Shown: positions 55,591-62,309, counted from the first letter of the stretch. The stretch: 64,000 nt of DNA from an uncultured Gammaproteobacteria bacterium (GCA_964610305.1 CAZSVL010000003.1:13122-77121); one strand, 5' to 3'. The notes: a model not told the origin generated them from the sequence alone. Program-made: numbers and translations.

Positions 55591-56598
55591 CTAGATAACA
55601 GGATTAAGAGGTTTTCTTCCACCAAGCACGGCGATGATATTTTTTGCAGCAATTTTTGCCATCTCATCTCTGGTTTCTTTTGCTGCACTGGCAATGTGTG
55701 GGGTTAAAATAACATTTTCCATGTCACGCAAAGCCATGTGATCTTTTACATTGCAATCTATAAGCGGCTCACATTCAAATACATCAAGTGCGGCGCCAGC
55801 GATTTGTTTTTTCTTAAGTGCTCGCAAGAGCGCAATTTCTTTTACAATCGGGCCGCGGGCTGTATTTACCAGAAAAGCGGTTTCTTTCATGGCAGCCAGT
55901 TCTTTGGTGCCAATAAGATATTTTGTAGATGGTAGTAGGGGAACATGGACAGAGACAACATCAGATCTTTTGCAAAGATTTAGCAAGTTCACTCTTTTTG
56001 CGCTTACATCTTTTTCTAATTGTTTGTTTTTAACCACGTCAGCGTACAAAATTTTCATGCCAAGTCCGTGGTGTGCAAACCGTGCGGTGGCACTTCCAAT
56101 TCTTCCGCCCCCAACAAGACCTAATGTCTTTCCTGAAAGTTCTGTGGTAAGCATCATAAGAGGAGCCCAACTTTTATACTTTCCTGCGCGTGTGTATCGG
56201 TCTGCTTCTACTATTCTTTTTGAGATAGCCATGATAAGAGCAATGGTATGCTCTGCAACGGCGCGGCTAAGGACACCTGGCGTATTGGTTATGGTAACGC
56301 CGTATTTTTTTGCAGCTTTTATATCTATATTGTTGTATCCTACTGCATTTTGAGCAATAACTTTTAGTTGAGATCCGGCAGCTTTAAAGACGCCTTCATC
56401 TATTTTTTCCGTAAGCATGCATAAAATAGCATCTGCTCCTTTTATTTCCTTAAGAAGATTTTTGTAAGGTATGGCGGGGCCGCTTCCGTACACATCGCGT
56501 TTATCGTGCCAGACTTTTACTTCAAAGTTTTTCTTAGTCTTGAGTAGTTTCATCCCAGCATCTGGAATGGTTCTTGTGATAAATATTTTCTTTTTCAT
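55591..56598 (-). CDS. D-isomer-specific 2-hydroxyacid dehydrogenase (glycerate/phosphoglycerate dehydrogenase family)
   Basis: Start taken at MKKKIFITRT. NAD-binding GLVGGGRIGSATARF. Catalytic R/E/H triad region. Confidence 0.85.
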   Translation of the reverse strand: MKKKIFITRTIPDAGMKLLKTKKNFEVKVWHDKRDVYGSGPAIPYKNLLKEIKGADAILCMLTEKIDEGVFKAAGSQLKVIAQNAVGYNNIDIKAAKKYGVTITNTPGVLSRAVAEHTIALIMAISKRIVEADRYTRAGKYKSWAPLMMLTTELSGKTLGLVGGGRIGSATARFAHHGLGMKILYADVVKNKQLEKDVSAKRVNLLNLCKRSDVVSVHVPLLPSTKYLIGTKELAAMKETAFLVNTARGPIVKEIALLRALKKKQIAGAALDVFECEPLIDCNVKDHMALRDMENVILTPHIASAAKETRDEMAKIAAKNIIAVLGGRKPLNPVI

Positions 56599-56648
56599 GG
56601 CGATATTATAACACAAAGCCACTGTAACAGCGGCTTTGTTTGATTGAT

Positions 56649-57236
56649 TTATTCTACAATGAGAGATCCGGTCATACTCCCGTGGCCTGATCCGCATGGG
56701 ACGCTACATACCAGCGGGAATGTTCCCTTACTGCTGGCAGTAAATTCTATAGTGGTGGCTTTTCCAGGAGAGAGCACTTCATTTACGTTGAATGCTTTTA
56801 TGAAAATGCCGTGAGTGACATCCGTGCTTTCAATAATGAGTCTCACCGTGTCTCCTTGGTTTACTCTAACCACCTCTGGATCAAATTCCCATTTTCGTGC
56901 GGTCATGTTTATTATACGCAGCGCACCTTCATCAGACACCGGTGCTGCAGTCGTATTGCTGGATCCGTTCTGGTTCTGGGTCTCCGCCGACGCCCCCTCG
57001 TCGGCTGACGCTTTTGGGGCCGGCTCTGTCACTTGCTCTGTTGTCTCTTCTGTTGCCTCATCCTGCACCGTTTCTGCTGTTGGCTGATCAGGATCAACTA
57101 TTTCTACTGACACCTCTGCGCTGTTAGAGCTCTCACTCGTATCTGATGGGTCTGTTGTCTCTTCTGTATTTCCTCCAGAGCAGCCTGCGCCCAGAAGGAT
57201 AAGCGCCGCTACCGCGTATTTGAGTTTTTTTTGCAT
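56649..57236 (-). CDS. Cupredoxin-domain lipoprotein with CuA-type ligand motif
   Basis: Lipobox LLGAGC. Acidic low-complexity linker. C-terminal H...C-x3-C-G-x2-H-x2-M (HGIF...CSVPCGSGHGSM). Confidence 0.6.
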   Translation of the reverse strand: MQKKLKYAVAALILLGAGCSGGNTEETTDPSDTSESSNSAEVSVEIVDPDQPTAETVQDEATEETTEQVTEPAPKASADEGASAETQNQNGSSNTTAAPVSDEGALRIINMTARKWEFDPEVVRVNQGDTVRLIIESTDVTHGIFIKAFNVNEVLSPGKATTIEFTASSKGTFPLVCSVPCGSGHGSMTGSLIVE

Positions 57237-57325
57237 AGGTTTATGTTTACTTGAGCTTATCGTACCAAAGGCGCGCGCGCAAGTGGATTAAAAAACCCGC
57301 AACACCTGAGTGTGCGGGTGGGCTG

Positions 57326-58192
57326 TTAGGCCCGTGCTCGTGCTATAGCTGTGGCTTCTTCCTCCCAGCGCTGCCTTTCTGCCCTCTGAGCAATGGCTGG
57401 ATCAACAGCAAAGCTGAAACCCTCGTTCTGGAGCTTCTCCACCATCTCTGCAGAGAGAGGCGTGCGGTGACCGCTCCGTACATGGTTGTCCGTGAATTCA
57501 ACCCCGCAACCAGTGCAGTAGTTGAGATCCAGGCCACCACCACAGTTGGCGCAGTTGTAGTCGGTGAAGGCGCCGCGTCCGCCCTTCAGTTCAGCGGCAA
57601 TTGCAGGATCAGTTGTAGAGAAGACGATCGATTTCTCTAGCAGCTCAAACTCAGGCGCACTCGGATCGTTGTGGATTTTGTTGTAACCACGGTCCAGACA
57701 GAGCCACAGGTAGGTCACCGTGGTTGGATAACCTGGTCCGGTAGGTGCAGGGTGCAGTTTGGTCGGATCCTGCAGAATGATCTGCAGGACACTCTGCCAC
57801 GTGTCCTCTATCAGCTCATTGCCCCAATGTGACCGTGCGTAAGCCACCGCTCGCCTCTGCTGCTCGGTAGCCGCAGTATCGTCTAGTCGCTTAGAGAACG
57901 CGTAGTCTAGGCTGGGGTCTTTTTCTTCGTGGCCGGGCAGAAAGTTGATGACGTGAAATGCGCCAGCAATCCTGATGCCGGGAACAGCAACATATGGATG
58001 CTCCACCGCAAAGGCTGCAACAGCTTCTTCTGGTGTCAGGTGAGGACAGAGTGCAATCATGTCCTGCTCAGTTGGGTTTTCAATGGGCAGCCGCCTAAGA
58101 ATCTCTAGGTACTCACGTGAAGTCATGCTTCCTCCAGGAAAAGATTTGTTTCTAGATTCTTTCTTGATGGCTTCATAGCGTGAAGCTCTCAA
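57326..58192 (-). CDS. Hypothetical protein (GC-rich, Cys cluster CANCGGG...CTGCG)
   Basis: 288 aa. Lies immediately 3' of ssrA. Composition atypical for the window. Confidence 0.45.
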   Translation of the reverse strand: MRASRYEAIKKESRNKSFPGGSMTSREYLEILRRLPIENPTEQDMIALCPHLTPEEAVAAFAVEHPYVAVPGIRIAGAFHVINFLPGHEEKDPSLDYAFSKRLDDTAATEQQRRAVAYARSHWGNELIEDTWQSVLQIILQDPTKLHPAPTGPGYPTTVTYLWLCLDRGYNKIHNDPSAPEFELLEKSIVFSTTDPAIAAELKGGRGAFTDYNCANCGGGLDLNYCTGCGVEFTDNHVRSGHRTPLSAEMVEKLQNEGFSFAVDPAIAQRAERQRWEEEATAIARARA

Positions 58193-58222
58193 GAAAATGC
58201 CCCAGGTCTTACGCTGGGGCGG

Positions 58223-58585
58223 GGTGGAGGCGCCGGGAGTCGAACCCGGGTCCAGAAAGGTTGTTCATCTGCGTCTACGTGTGTATTCCTTGCATGGTTG
58301 CCTACGCTGCTTTGCCCAAGGACAGGCGGCTGCGCAGCCGGTTCATTGCTGTGTTTAAGACATGCTCCGCAATTCCATTAGAGCAGTACCGAGCCTACAT
58401 AAGTTTCCCTAATCCCGCCTATAGGCGAGCGAGCTTTGGGGTCGCATGCTGCGTACTAGGCAGCGAGCGCGACGGACTCAGCGTCAGTATTGGCGTCTGA
58501 GTTGCGCCCGGGGGATCAAAGGGTCCCAGACATCCCTTACACGCAGCAGGTAGCGTCCGCTCCCTGTCGAAACCAGTTCGCCCCC
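58223..58585 (-). ncRNA. ssrA: tmRNA (SsrA), tag peptide ANTDAESVALAA
   Basis: 5' GGGGGCGAACTGGTTTCGACAGGGA. tRNA-like 3' end GGGTTCGACTCCCGGCGCCTCCACC. In-frame GCC AAT ACT GAC GCT GAG TCC GTC GCG CTC GCT GCC TAG. Confidence 0.85.
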
Positions 58586-58598
58586 GTAAGGGTTTGTG

Positions 58599-58967
58599 TT
58601 AGTCAATGTCCAGATCATACTCGTCCCAGTAGGGGTCTCCGTCTAGATCTGCACATTCATCAGAGTGCGAAACGGCACAGCCTTCATCGCAGAAGTCCAT
58701 GTACCAATCGCAGCCTTCATCATAGCAGGATCTGCAATCAGCGAGTGCTTTGATGAAGTACTCGTTTTCGTCACAGAGCTCCCAGCTTTCCACTGTAGAG
58801 AGCTTGACCGATCCGAGGGTTGGTAGATCTTCAAAGGCCGCATCAAAGAGACCTTCCACGATCTCGTTTTTTGCGTCAAGGAGCGGCCGACTATTCCGGT
58901 GAAATGACATTGTTTCCCTTTTCAGTGAAAGAAGGACGATTAGCGCAGTATGAAGACAGTATAGCAC
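58599..58967 (-). CDS. Hypothetical acidic Cys-rich protein
   Basis: GC-rich ORF. The start may be the internal MSFHRN. Confidence 0.35.
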   Translation of the reverse strand: MLYCLHTALIVLLSLKRETMSFHRNSRPLLDAKNEIVEGLFDAAFEDLPTLGSVKLSTVESWELCDENEYFIKALADCRSCYDEGCDWYMDFCDEGCAVSHSDECADLDGDPYWDEYDLDID

Positions 58968-59073
58968 ATTTTGTACATTTTGTCAAGGGTAAAATGCCAC
59001 TTTATCTCTTATTTTAGCCAAATTTACGTAATAAAAAAACTGCCGTCTCCCGAAGGATCAGGCAGCGTGCACT

Positions 59074-59817
59074 TTACTGTTGAAAGTGCGGATTACGCTT
59101 CTGACACCAGAGCTTCTGACGCTCGTTCAGTGTGGACCAAAAGGCGACTTCGGCTTTGCTGAACTTCCTGCCCTGCCTGTAGTGGCCGATCAAGAAATCC
59201 TTTTTGATGCTGTAGCAGCGGCGTTGCCCACAGCTGTGGTAGACCTCTCTGGTTTCCCGCTCAGAGCCTTCCGTCAGTTCCATCCAGAAAAGCTCTTTGC
59301 CACTCACTTTGACCGCTCGGGAACCGATCCAAGCCTTGAGCATCTCATTGCTGATTTGCGGCTGGTGCGTTTTGTAACGCCGTCGCCAGGACCGGGGACT
59401 GCACTTGAGGATGCCGTCTTTGACGAAGGCGCCAAAGCAAGGCTTATCACCTTCACACCAGTGACAGCCAAAGCAGATCATTCGCGCGATGGTCTGCACC
59501 AGGACGTAGTTTCGCACTTTGCGCGTGTCGTAGCGTGCCGTCAGCTCGCTGTAGACATCGTCCCAGCGCCTGCCGTTTTGGGACTTCAGCCACTTGCTGA
59601 TGCATGCCGCGAAGTGATCGTGTTTGTCATCCCACCAGCCGGATTTTTCCAGCAGGGGAGTTGCCTGCTCGTCCCACAGATCAGGGTCTTGTGTCATTTT
59701 GTGACAGAACCGACGCGTCCTTTGCCTCTCCTTTCGCCGCAAAAAGGCGATGGCGTGTTTGTACCAGTTGGGGTGACCACCCTGCACGATGGTCCTTGCC
59801 AAGTTCCTGTTGGCCAT
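59074..59817 (-). CDS. Hypothetical protein (Trp/Cys/Arg-rich), paralogous N-terminus with 59944-60435
   Basis: MANRNLARTIVQGG...RRWDDVYSELTARYD. GC-rich. Confidence 0.45.
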   Translation of the reverse strand: MANRNLARTIVQGGHPNWYKHAIAFLRRKERQRTRRFCHKMTQDPDLWDEQATPLLEKSGWWDDKHDHFAACISKWLKSQNGRRWDDVYSELTARYDTRKVRNYVLVQTIARMICFGCHWCEGDKPCFGAFVKDGILKCSPRSWRRRYKTHQPQISNEMLKAWIGSRAVKVSGKELFWMELTEGSERETREVYHSCGQRRCYSIKKDFLIGHYRQGRKFSKAEVAFWSTLNERQKLWCQKRNPHFQQ

Positions 59818-59943
59818 GTTGGCCTCCCTGTTGATTTAACTAACCAACATGACTTACCTCCTCTGAATATTCCTTCGGCACAGAGCACAGCGTGTATGCC
59901 CTGTGTTAAAGTGCCATCCCGAGATTTTTCGGGATGGCTGGTG

Positions 59944-60435
59944 TTACTCTTCAGCGGTGTGCGGATGAGTGCTGGCGGTGGGGCGCCATCGCCATGGCGG
60001 AATTGCATTGTCACGCAAGATTCCGTCCTCATCAACTACGTAATAGGCTCCGCATTCGATGCTTTCTGAATCCACCATGTTTTGCTCGTGCCACATGGGC
60101 GCTACTTCTGGATCAATATGATCGTAGATCATATGACGCCCTTTGAGTGATCTTACATCGTGGCGTCGGTGGAGATCGCTTTTGACATCAGCCCATGGGC
60201 GTCCACATTGACGATCAAGCCAGCGATACACTGGATTGAGCGTATCAGAGAATTCTCGGTAGAACCAGCCACGATGCGGCTTGTCCTGGATGTCTAGATC
60301 ACTAGGATCTGCCGCGCATTGAAGAGTTCTCTTTGCGTTCTGCCGATTGTTGCGGTTGATTGCTCGGCGCTCAAATTTGCTTGCCTTGCTCCGGCCACCC
60401 TCAATGGCTGAGCGAGAGAGTTTTTTTGTTGCCAT
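59944..60435 (-). CDS. Hypothetical protein, paralogous N-terminus with 59074-59817
   Basis: MATKKLSRSAIEGG...RPWADVKSDLHRRHD. Confidence 0.45.
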   Translation of the reverse strand: MATKKLSRSAIEGGRSKASKFERRAINRNNRQNAKRTLQCAADPSDLDIQDKPHRGWFYREFSDTLNPVYRWLDRQCGRPWADVKSDLHRRHDVRSLKGRHMIYDHIDPEVAPMWHEQNMVDSESIECGAYYVVDEDGILRDNAIPPWRWRPTASTHPHTAEE

Positions 60436-60514
60436 GCAACCTCCAATGTAGATTAAATAATCTTCATTGTAGGCCTCCGTGTTTATGCATGATGTGCTCC
60501 TTTATGATGCGAAG

Positions 60515-60670
60515 TGGAAGGGGTAGGATTCGATGAGCAAATGAGTGAGTGTAATAAACATGCTCGCATGCTTATTACCGAGCGAATGCTGCTCGGCCCG
60601 AAGGGCACCTACGAAGACGGTGTCGTCGGATTTACAATCCGGTGCCTTTAACCAACTCGGCCACCCTTCC
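60515..60670 (-). tRNA. tRNA-Tyr (anticodon GTA), type II, carrying a 73-nt structured insertion in the T-loop between nt 54 and 55 (60534-60606)
   Basis: GGAAGGG...CCGGA-TTGTAAA-TCCGA...GTAGG-T[GCCCTTCGGGCCGAGCAGCATTCGCTCGGTAATAAGCATGCGAGCATGTTTATTACACTCACTCATTTGCTCA]TCGAAT-CCTAC-CCCTTCC-A. Confidence 0.6.
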
Positions 60671-60677
60671 ATTAAAG

Positions 60678-60752
60678 TATCCCCAAGGGGATTTGAACCC
60701 CTGCCTCCGGATTGAGAGTCCGGTGTCCTGAGCCTGACTAGACGATGGGGAC
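60678..60752 (-). tRNA. tRNA-Glu (anticodon CTC)
   Basis: GTCCCCATCGTCTAG...CCGGA-CTCTCAA-TCCGG...GGGG-TTCAAAT-CCCC. Confidence 0.75.
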
Positions 60753-60756
60753 GGGG

Positions 60757-60830
60757 CGGTGATGACGAGACTTGAACTCGCAACCTTCGGCCTGACAAGC
60801 CGCTACACTAGCCAATTGTGTTACATCACC
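60757..60830 (-). tRNA. tRNA-Asp (anticodon GTC)
   Basis: Acceptor GGTGATG/CATCACC-G, anticodon loop TTGTCAG. Confidence 0.7.
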
Positions 60831-60868
60831 TGAAGGCTTGCCTGGCGTAGCCGAAGGCGAAGCCTGGG

Positions 60869-60941
60869 TGGAGCCGACAGGAATCGAACCTGCGACATCC
60901 GGCGTGCAAAGCCGGCGCTCTCCCAACTGAGCTACAGCCCC
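60869..60941 (-). tRNA. tRNA-Ala (anticodon TGC), G3-U70; second copy
   Basis: GGGGCTG-TA-GCTC-AGTTGGGA-GAGC-G-CCGGC-TTTGCAC-GCCGG...CGGCTCC-A. Confidence 0.8.
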
Positions 60942-60948
60942 AAATAGG

Positions 60949-61037
60949 AGGAGGGGGTGGGATTTGAACCCACGGGACTCACTGGTGAGCCCAACGGGTT
61001 AGCAACCCGACGCCTTCAGCCACTCGGCCACCCCTCC
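60949..61037 (-). tRNA. tRNA-Ser (anticodon GCT), type II
   Basis: Acceptor GGAGGGG/CCCCTCC, 3-bp D-stem, anticodon loop TTGCTAA, long variable arm GGGCTCACCAGTGAGTCC. Confidence 0.75.
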
Positions 61038-61041
61038 ATAA

Positions 61042-61116
61042 TGCGCCCGGCGGGATTTGAACCCGCAACCACTGGATCCGGAGTCCAGCGCTCTACATCC
61101 ATTGAGCTACGGGCGT
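61042..61116 (-). tRNA. tRNA-Arg (anticodon CCG)
   Basis: ACGCCCG-TA-GCTC-AATGGATGTA-GAGC-G-CTGGA-CTCCGGA-TCCAG...GCGGG-TTCAAAT-CCCGC-CGGGCGC-A (A1-C72 mismatch). Confidence 0.7.
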
Positions 61117-61126
61117 TCAATGCTGA

Positions 61127-61181
61127 GGGCCGACGCTTTGGTCGCCCCCCCGACCCCTTCGGGCGTCGGGGCTACGGACGC
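61127..61181 (-). repeat. 44-nt twin-hairpin element (61127-61170) with an upstream pseudo-acceptor GCGTCCG-TAGC (61171-61181), duplicating the tRNA-Arg(CCG) 5' end
   Basis: RNA sense: GCGTCCG TAGC [CCCGACGCCCGAAGGGGTCGGGGGGGCGACCAAAGCGTCGGCCC] TCAGCATTGA ACGCCCGTAGC... Confidence 0.6.
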
Positions 61182-61186
61182 TTAAG

Positions 61187-61259
61187 TACGCCGTGAGGGA
61201 ATTGAACCCCCGACCCATGGATTAAAAGTCCAGTGCTCTACCTACTGAGCTAACAGCGC
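61187..61259 (-). tRNA. tRNA-Lys (anticodon TTT)
   Basis: GCGCTGT-TA-GCTC-AGTAGGTA-GAGC-A-CTGGA-CTTTTAA-TCCAT...GGGGG-TTCAATT-CCCTC-ACGGCGT-A. Confidence 0.7.
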
Positions 61260-61265
61260 ATAAAA

Positions 61266-61338
61266 GGTGAATGACGGGACTTGAACCCGCGACCTCTGGA
61301 GCCACAATCCAGCGCTCTCCCATCTGAGCTACATTCAC
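61266..61338 (-). tRNA. tRNA-His (anticodon GTG), C73
   Basis: GTGAATG-TA-GCTC...CTGGA-TTGTGGC-TCCAG...GCGGG-TTCAAGT-CCCGT-CATTCAC-C. Confidence 0.75.
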
Positions 61339-61340
61339 AG

Positions 61341-61413
61341 TGCCAGAGACAAGAATTGAACTTGTGACTCAGGGATTTTCAATCCCCAGCTCTACCTACT
61401 GAGCTACCCTGGC
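61341..61413 (-). tRNA. tRNA-Phe (anticodon GAA), intact, A37
   Basis: GCCAGGG-TA-GCTC-AGTAGGTA-GAGC-T-GGGGA-TTGAAAA-TCCCT-GAGTC-ACAAG-TTCAATT-CTTGT-CTCTGGC-A. Confidence 0.8.
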
Positions 61414-61415
61414 AT

Positions 61416-61489
61416 AGAACGGAGGGGGACTCGAACCCCCGAACATCCGATTTGCAGTCGGAGCCCTTAGCCAACTCGGGTACCCGTTC
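61416..61489 (-). tRNA. tRNA-Cys (anticodon GCA), U73; second copy
   Basis: GAACGGG...TCCGA-CTGCAAA-TCGGA-TGTTC-GGGGG-TTCGAGT-CCCCC-TCCGTTC-T. Confidence 0.75.
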
Positions 61490-61496
61490 AGAGATT

Positions 61497-61530
61497 TGTC
61501 TCCCTTCGGGAGATCTCCCGAAGGGAGACA
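61497..61530. repeat. 34-bp perfect palindrome (twin hairpin) upstream of tRNA-Cys; homologous to 1419-1452
   Basis: tgtctcccttcgggagatctcccgaagggagaca. Confidence 0.85.
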
Positions 61531-61567
61531 GTCCTGTACCTAGCCAATTCGGACACTCATCCAGAAG

Positions 61568-61713
61568 TGCGCACACTTGGACTTGATCGGTAAACGAGTG
61601 AGTGGAGTAGGCATGCTTGCATGTCTACTCCCGAGCAAGTGCGACCGAGCCCGAAGGGTACCAAGGACCCTCTGGGTGTAAACCAGATGCTCTCCCAACT
61701 GAGCTATGCACGC
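61568..61713 (-). tRNA. tRNA-Val (anticodon TAC) carrying a 73-nt structured insertion in the T-loop between nt 54 and 55 (61587-61659)
   Basis: GCGTGCA-TA-GCTC-AGTTGGGA-GAGC-A-TCTGG-TTTACAC-CCAGA-GGGTC-CTTGG-T[ACCCTTCGGGCTCGGTCGCACTTGCTCGGGAGTAGACATGCAAGCATGCCTACTCCACTCACTCGTTTACCGA]TCAAGT-CCAAG-TGTGCGC-A. Confidence 0.6.
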
Positions 61714-61717
61714 GCAG

Positions 61718-61799
61718 TAGGTCGGGGGAGACTTGAACTCCCACGTCTAATGACACCAGATTTTGAATCTGGCGCGTCTACCGGTTCCGCCACCGACCC
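61718..61799 (-). tRNA. tRNA-Leu (anticodon CAA), type II
   Basis: GGGTCGG-TG-GCG...CCAGA-TTCAAAA-TCTGG-TGTCATTAGACGT-GGGAG-TTCAAGT-CTCCC-CCGACCT-A. Confidence 0.75.
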
Positions 61800-61871
61800 G
61801 TCTTTGTAATATGCTTCTATCAGAAAGTGAAGATTCACCGTCTGAATAAAAGGGGGAAGAGACTTCCCCGG

Positions 61872-61988
61872 AGCGGTAAGCCGGCCTCGAACCGACGACC
61901 CTCTGCTTGGAAGGCAGACGCTCTACCAACTGAGGACCGACGTTTCAGTCGGTCCCCCGACCCCTTTAGGCGTCGGGGCTATTACCGT
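61872..61988 (-). tRNA. tRNA-Gly (anticodon TCC) copy interrupted in the D-stem (between nt 11 and 12) by a 44-nt twin-hairpin element (61934-61977)
   Basis: ACGGTAA-TA-GC[CCCGACGCCTAAAGGGGTCGGGGGACCGACTGAAACGTCGGTCC]TC-AGTTGGTA-GAGC-G-TCTGC-CTTCCAA-GCAGA-GGGTC-GTCGG-TTCGAGG-CCGGC-TTACCGC-T. Confidence 0.55.
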
Positions 61989-61998
61989 AAATTTAAAG

Positions 61999-62071
61999 AG
62001 CGGATGATCGGGCTTGAACCGATGACTATCTGGTTGGAAGCCAGATGCTCTCCCAACTGAGCTACATCCGC
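61999..62071 (-). tRNA. tRNA-Gly (anticodon TCC), intact array copy
   Basis: GCGGATG-TA-GCTC-AGTTGGGA-GAGC-A-TCTGG-CTTCCAA-CCAGA-TAGTC-ATCGG-TTCAAGC-CCGAT-CATCCGC-T. Confidence 0.8.
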
Positions 62072-62075
62072 AAAG

Positions 62076-62148
62076 TACGCCGTGGAGGATTCGAACCTCC
62101 GACCGATGGATTAAGAGTCCACTGCTCTACCAACTGAGCTAACAGCGC
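62076..62148 (-). tRNA. tRNA-Lys (anticodon CTT)
   Basis: GCGCTGT-TA-GCTC-AGTTGGTA-GAGC-A-GTGGA-CTCTTAA-TCCAT-CGGTC-GGAGG-TTCGAAT-CCTCC-ACGGCGT-A. Confidence 0.75.
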
Positions 62149-62153
62149 AAAAG

Positions 62154-62224
62154 CTCGGGAACTAGGATTCGAACCTAGATGAACTGATCCAGAGTCAGCC
62201 GTCCTGCCGTTAGACGATTCCCGA
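62154..62224 (-). tRNA. tRNA-Gln (anticodon CTG)
   Basis: TCGGGAA-TC-GTCT-AACGGCA-GGAC-G-GCTGA-CTCTGGA-TCAGT...CTAGG-TTCGAAT-CCTAG-TTCCCGA-G. Confidence 0.75.
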
Positions 62225-62234
62225 ATGGTTAGTT

Positions 62235-62309
62235 GTCATTGCGAGCAGTGTAACTGCGAAGCAATCCGGTATGTAAGCAACGGGATTGCTTCGCTTTGCT
62301 TGCAATGAC
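62235..62309. repeat. GTCAT-family long-hairpin repeat (subtype B) inside the tRNA array
   Basis: GTCATTGCGAGCAGTGTAACTGCGAAGCAATCC...GGGATTGCTTCGCTTTGCTTGCAATGAC. Confidence 0.8.

Noticed and set aside
58180-58753. Plus-strand ORFs 58180..58500 and 58490..58753
   Set aside because: They overlap the tmRNA gene on the opposite strand and have no RBS. They are antisense artefacts of a GC-rich structured RNA.
61042-61181. Alternative model in which tRNA-Arg(CCG) uses the upstream acceptor GCGTCCG with the twin-hairpin insert in its D-stem
   Set aside because: An intact D-arm (TAGCTCAATGGATGTAGAGC) directly follows the proximal acceptor ACGCCCG, so the simplest reading is an intact tRNA plus an upstream partial duplicate. 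The upstream acceptor actually pairs better with the 3' strand, so the ambiguity is recorded in the findings.
4066-62309. CRISPR array hypothesis for the GTCAT...ATGAC repeats
   Set aside because: Copies are dispersed over the whole window with gene-sized, non-uniform spacing. There are no short unique spacers between regularly spaced identical repeats, and no cas genes in the window.
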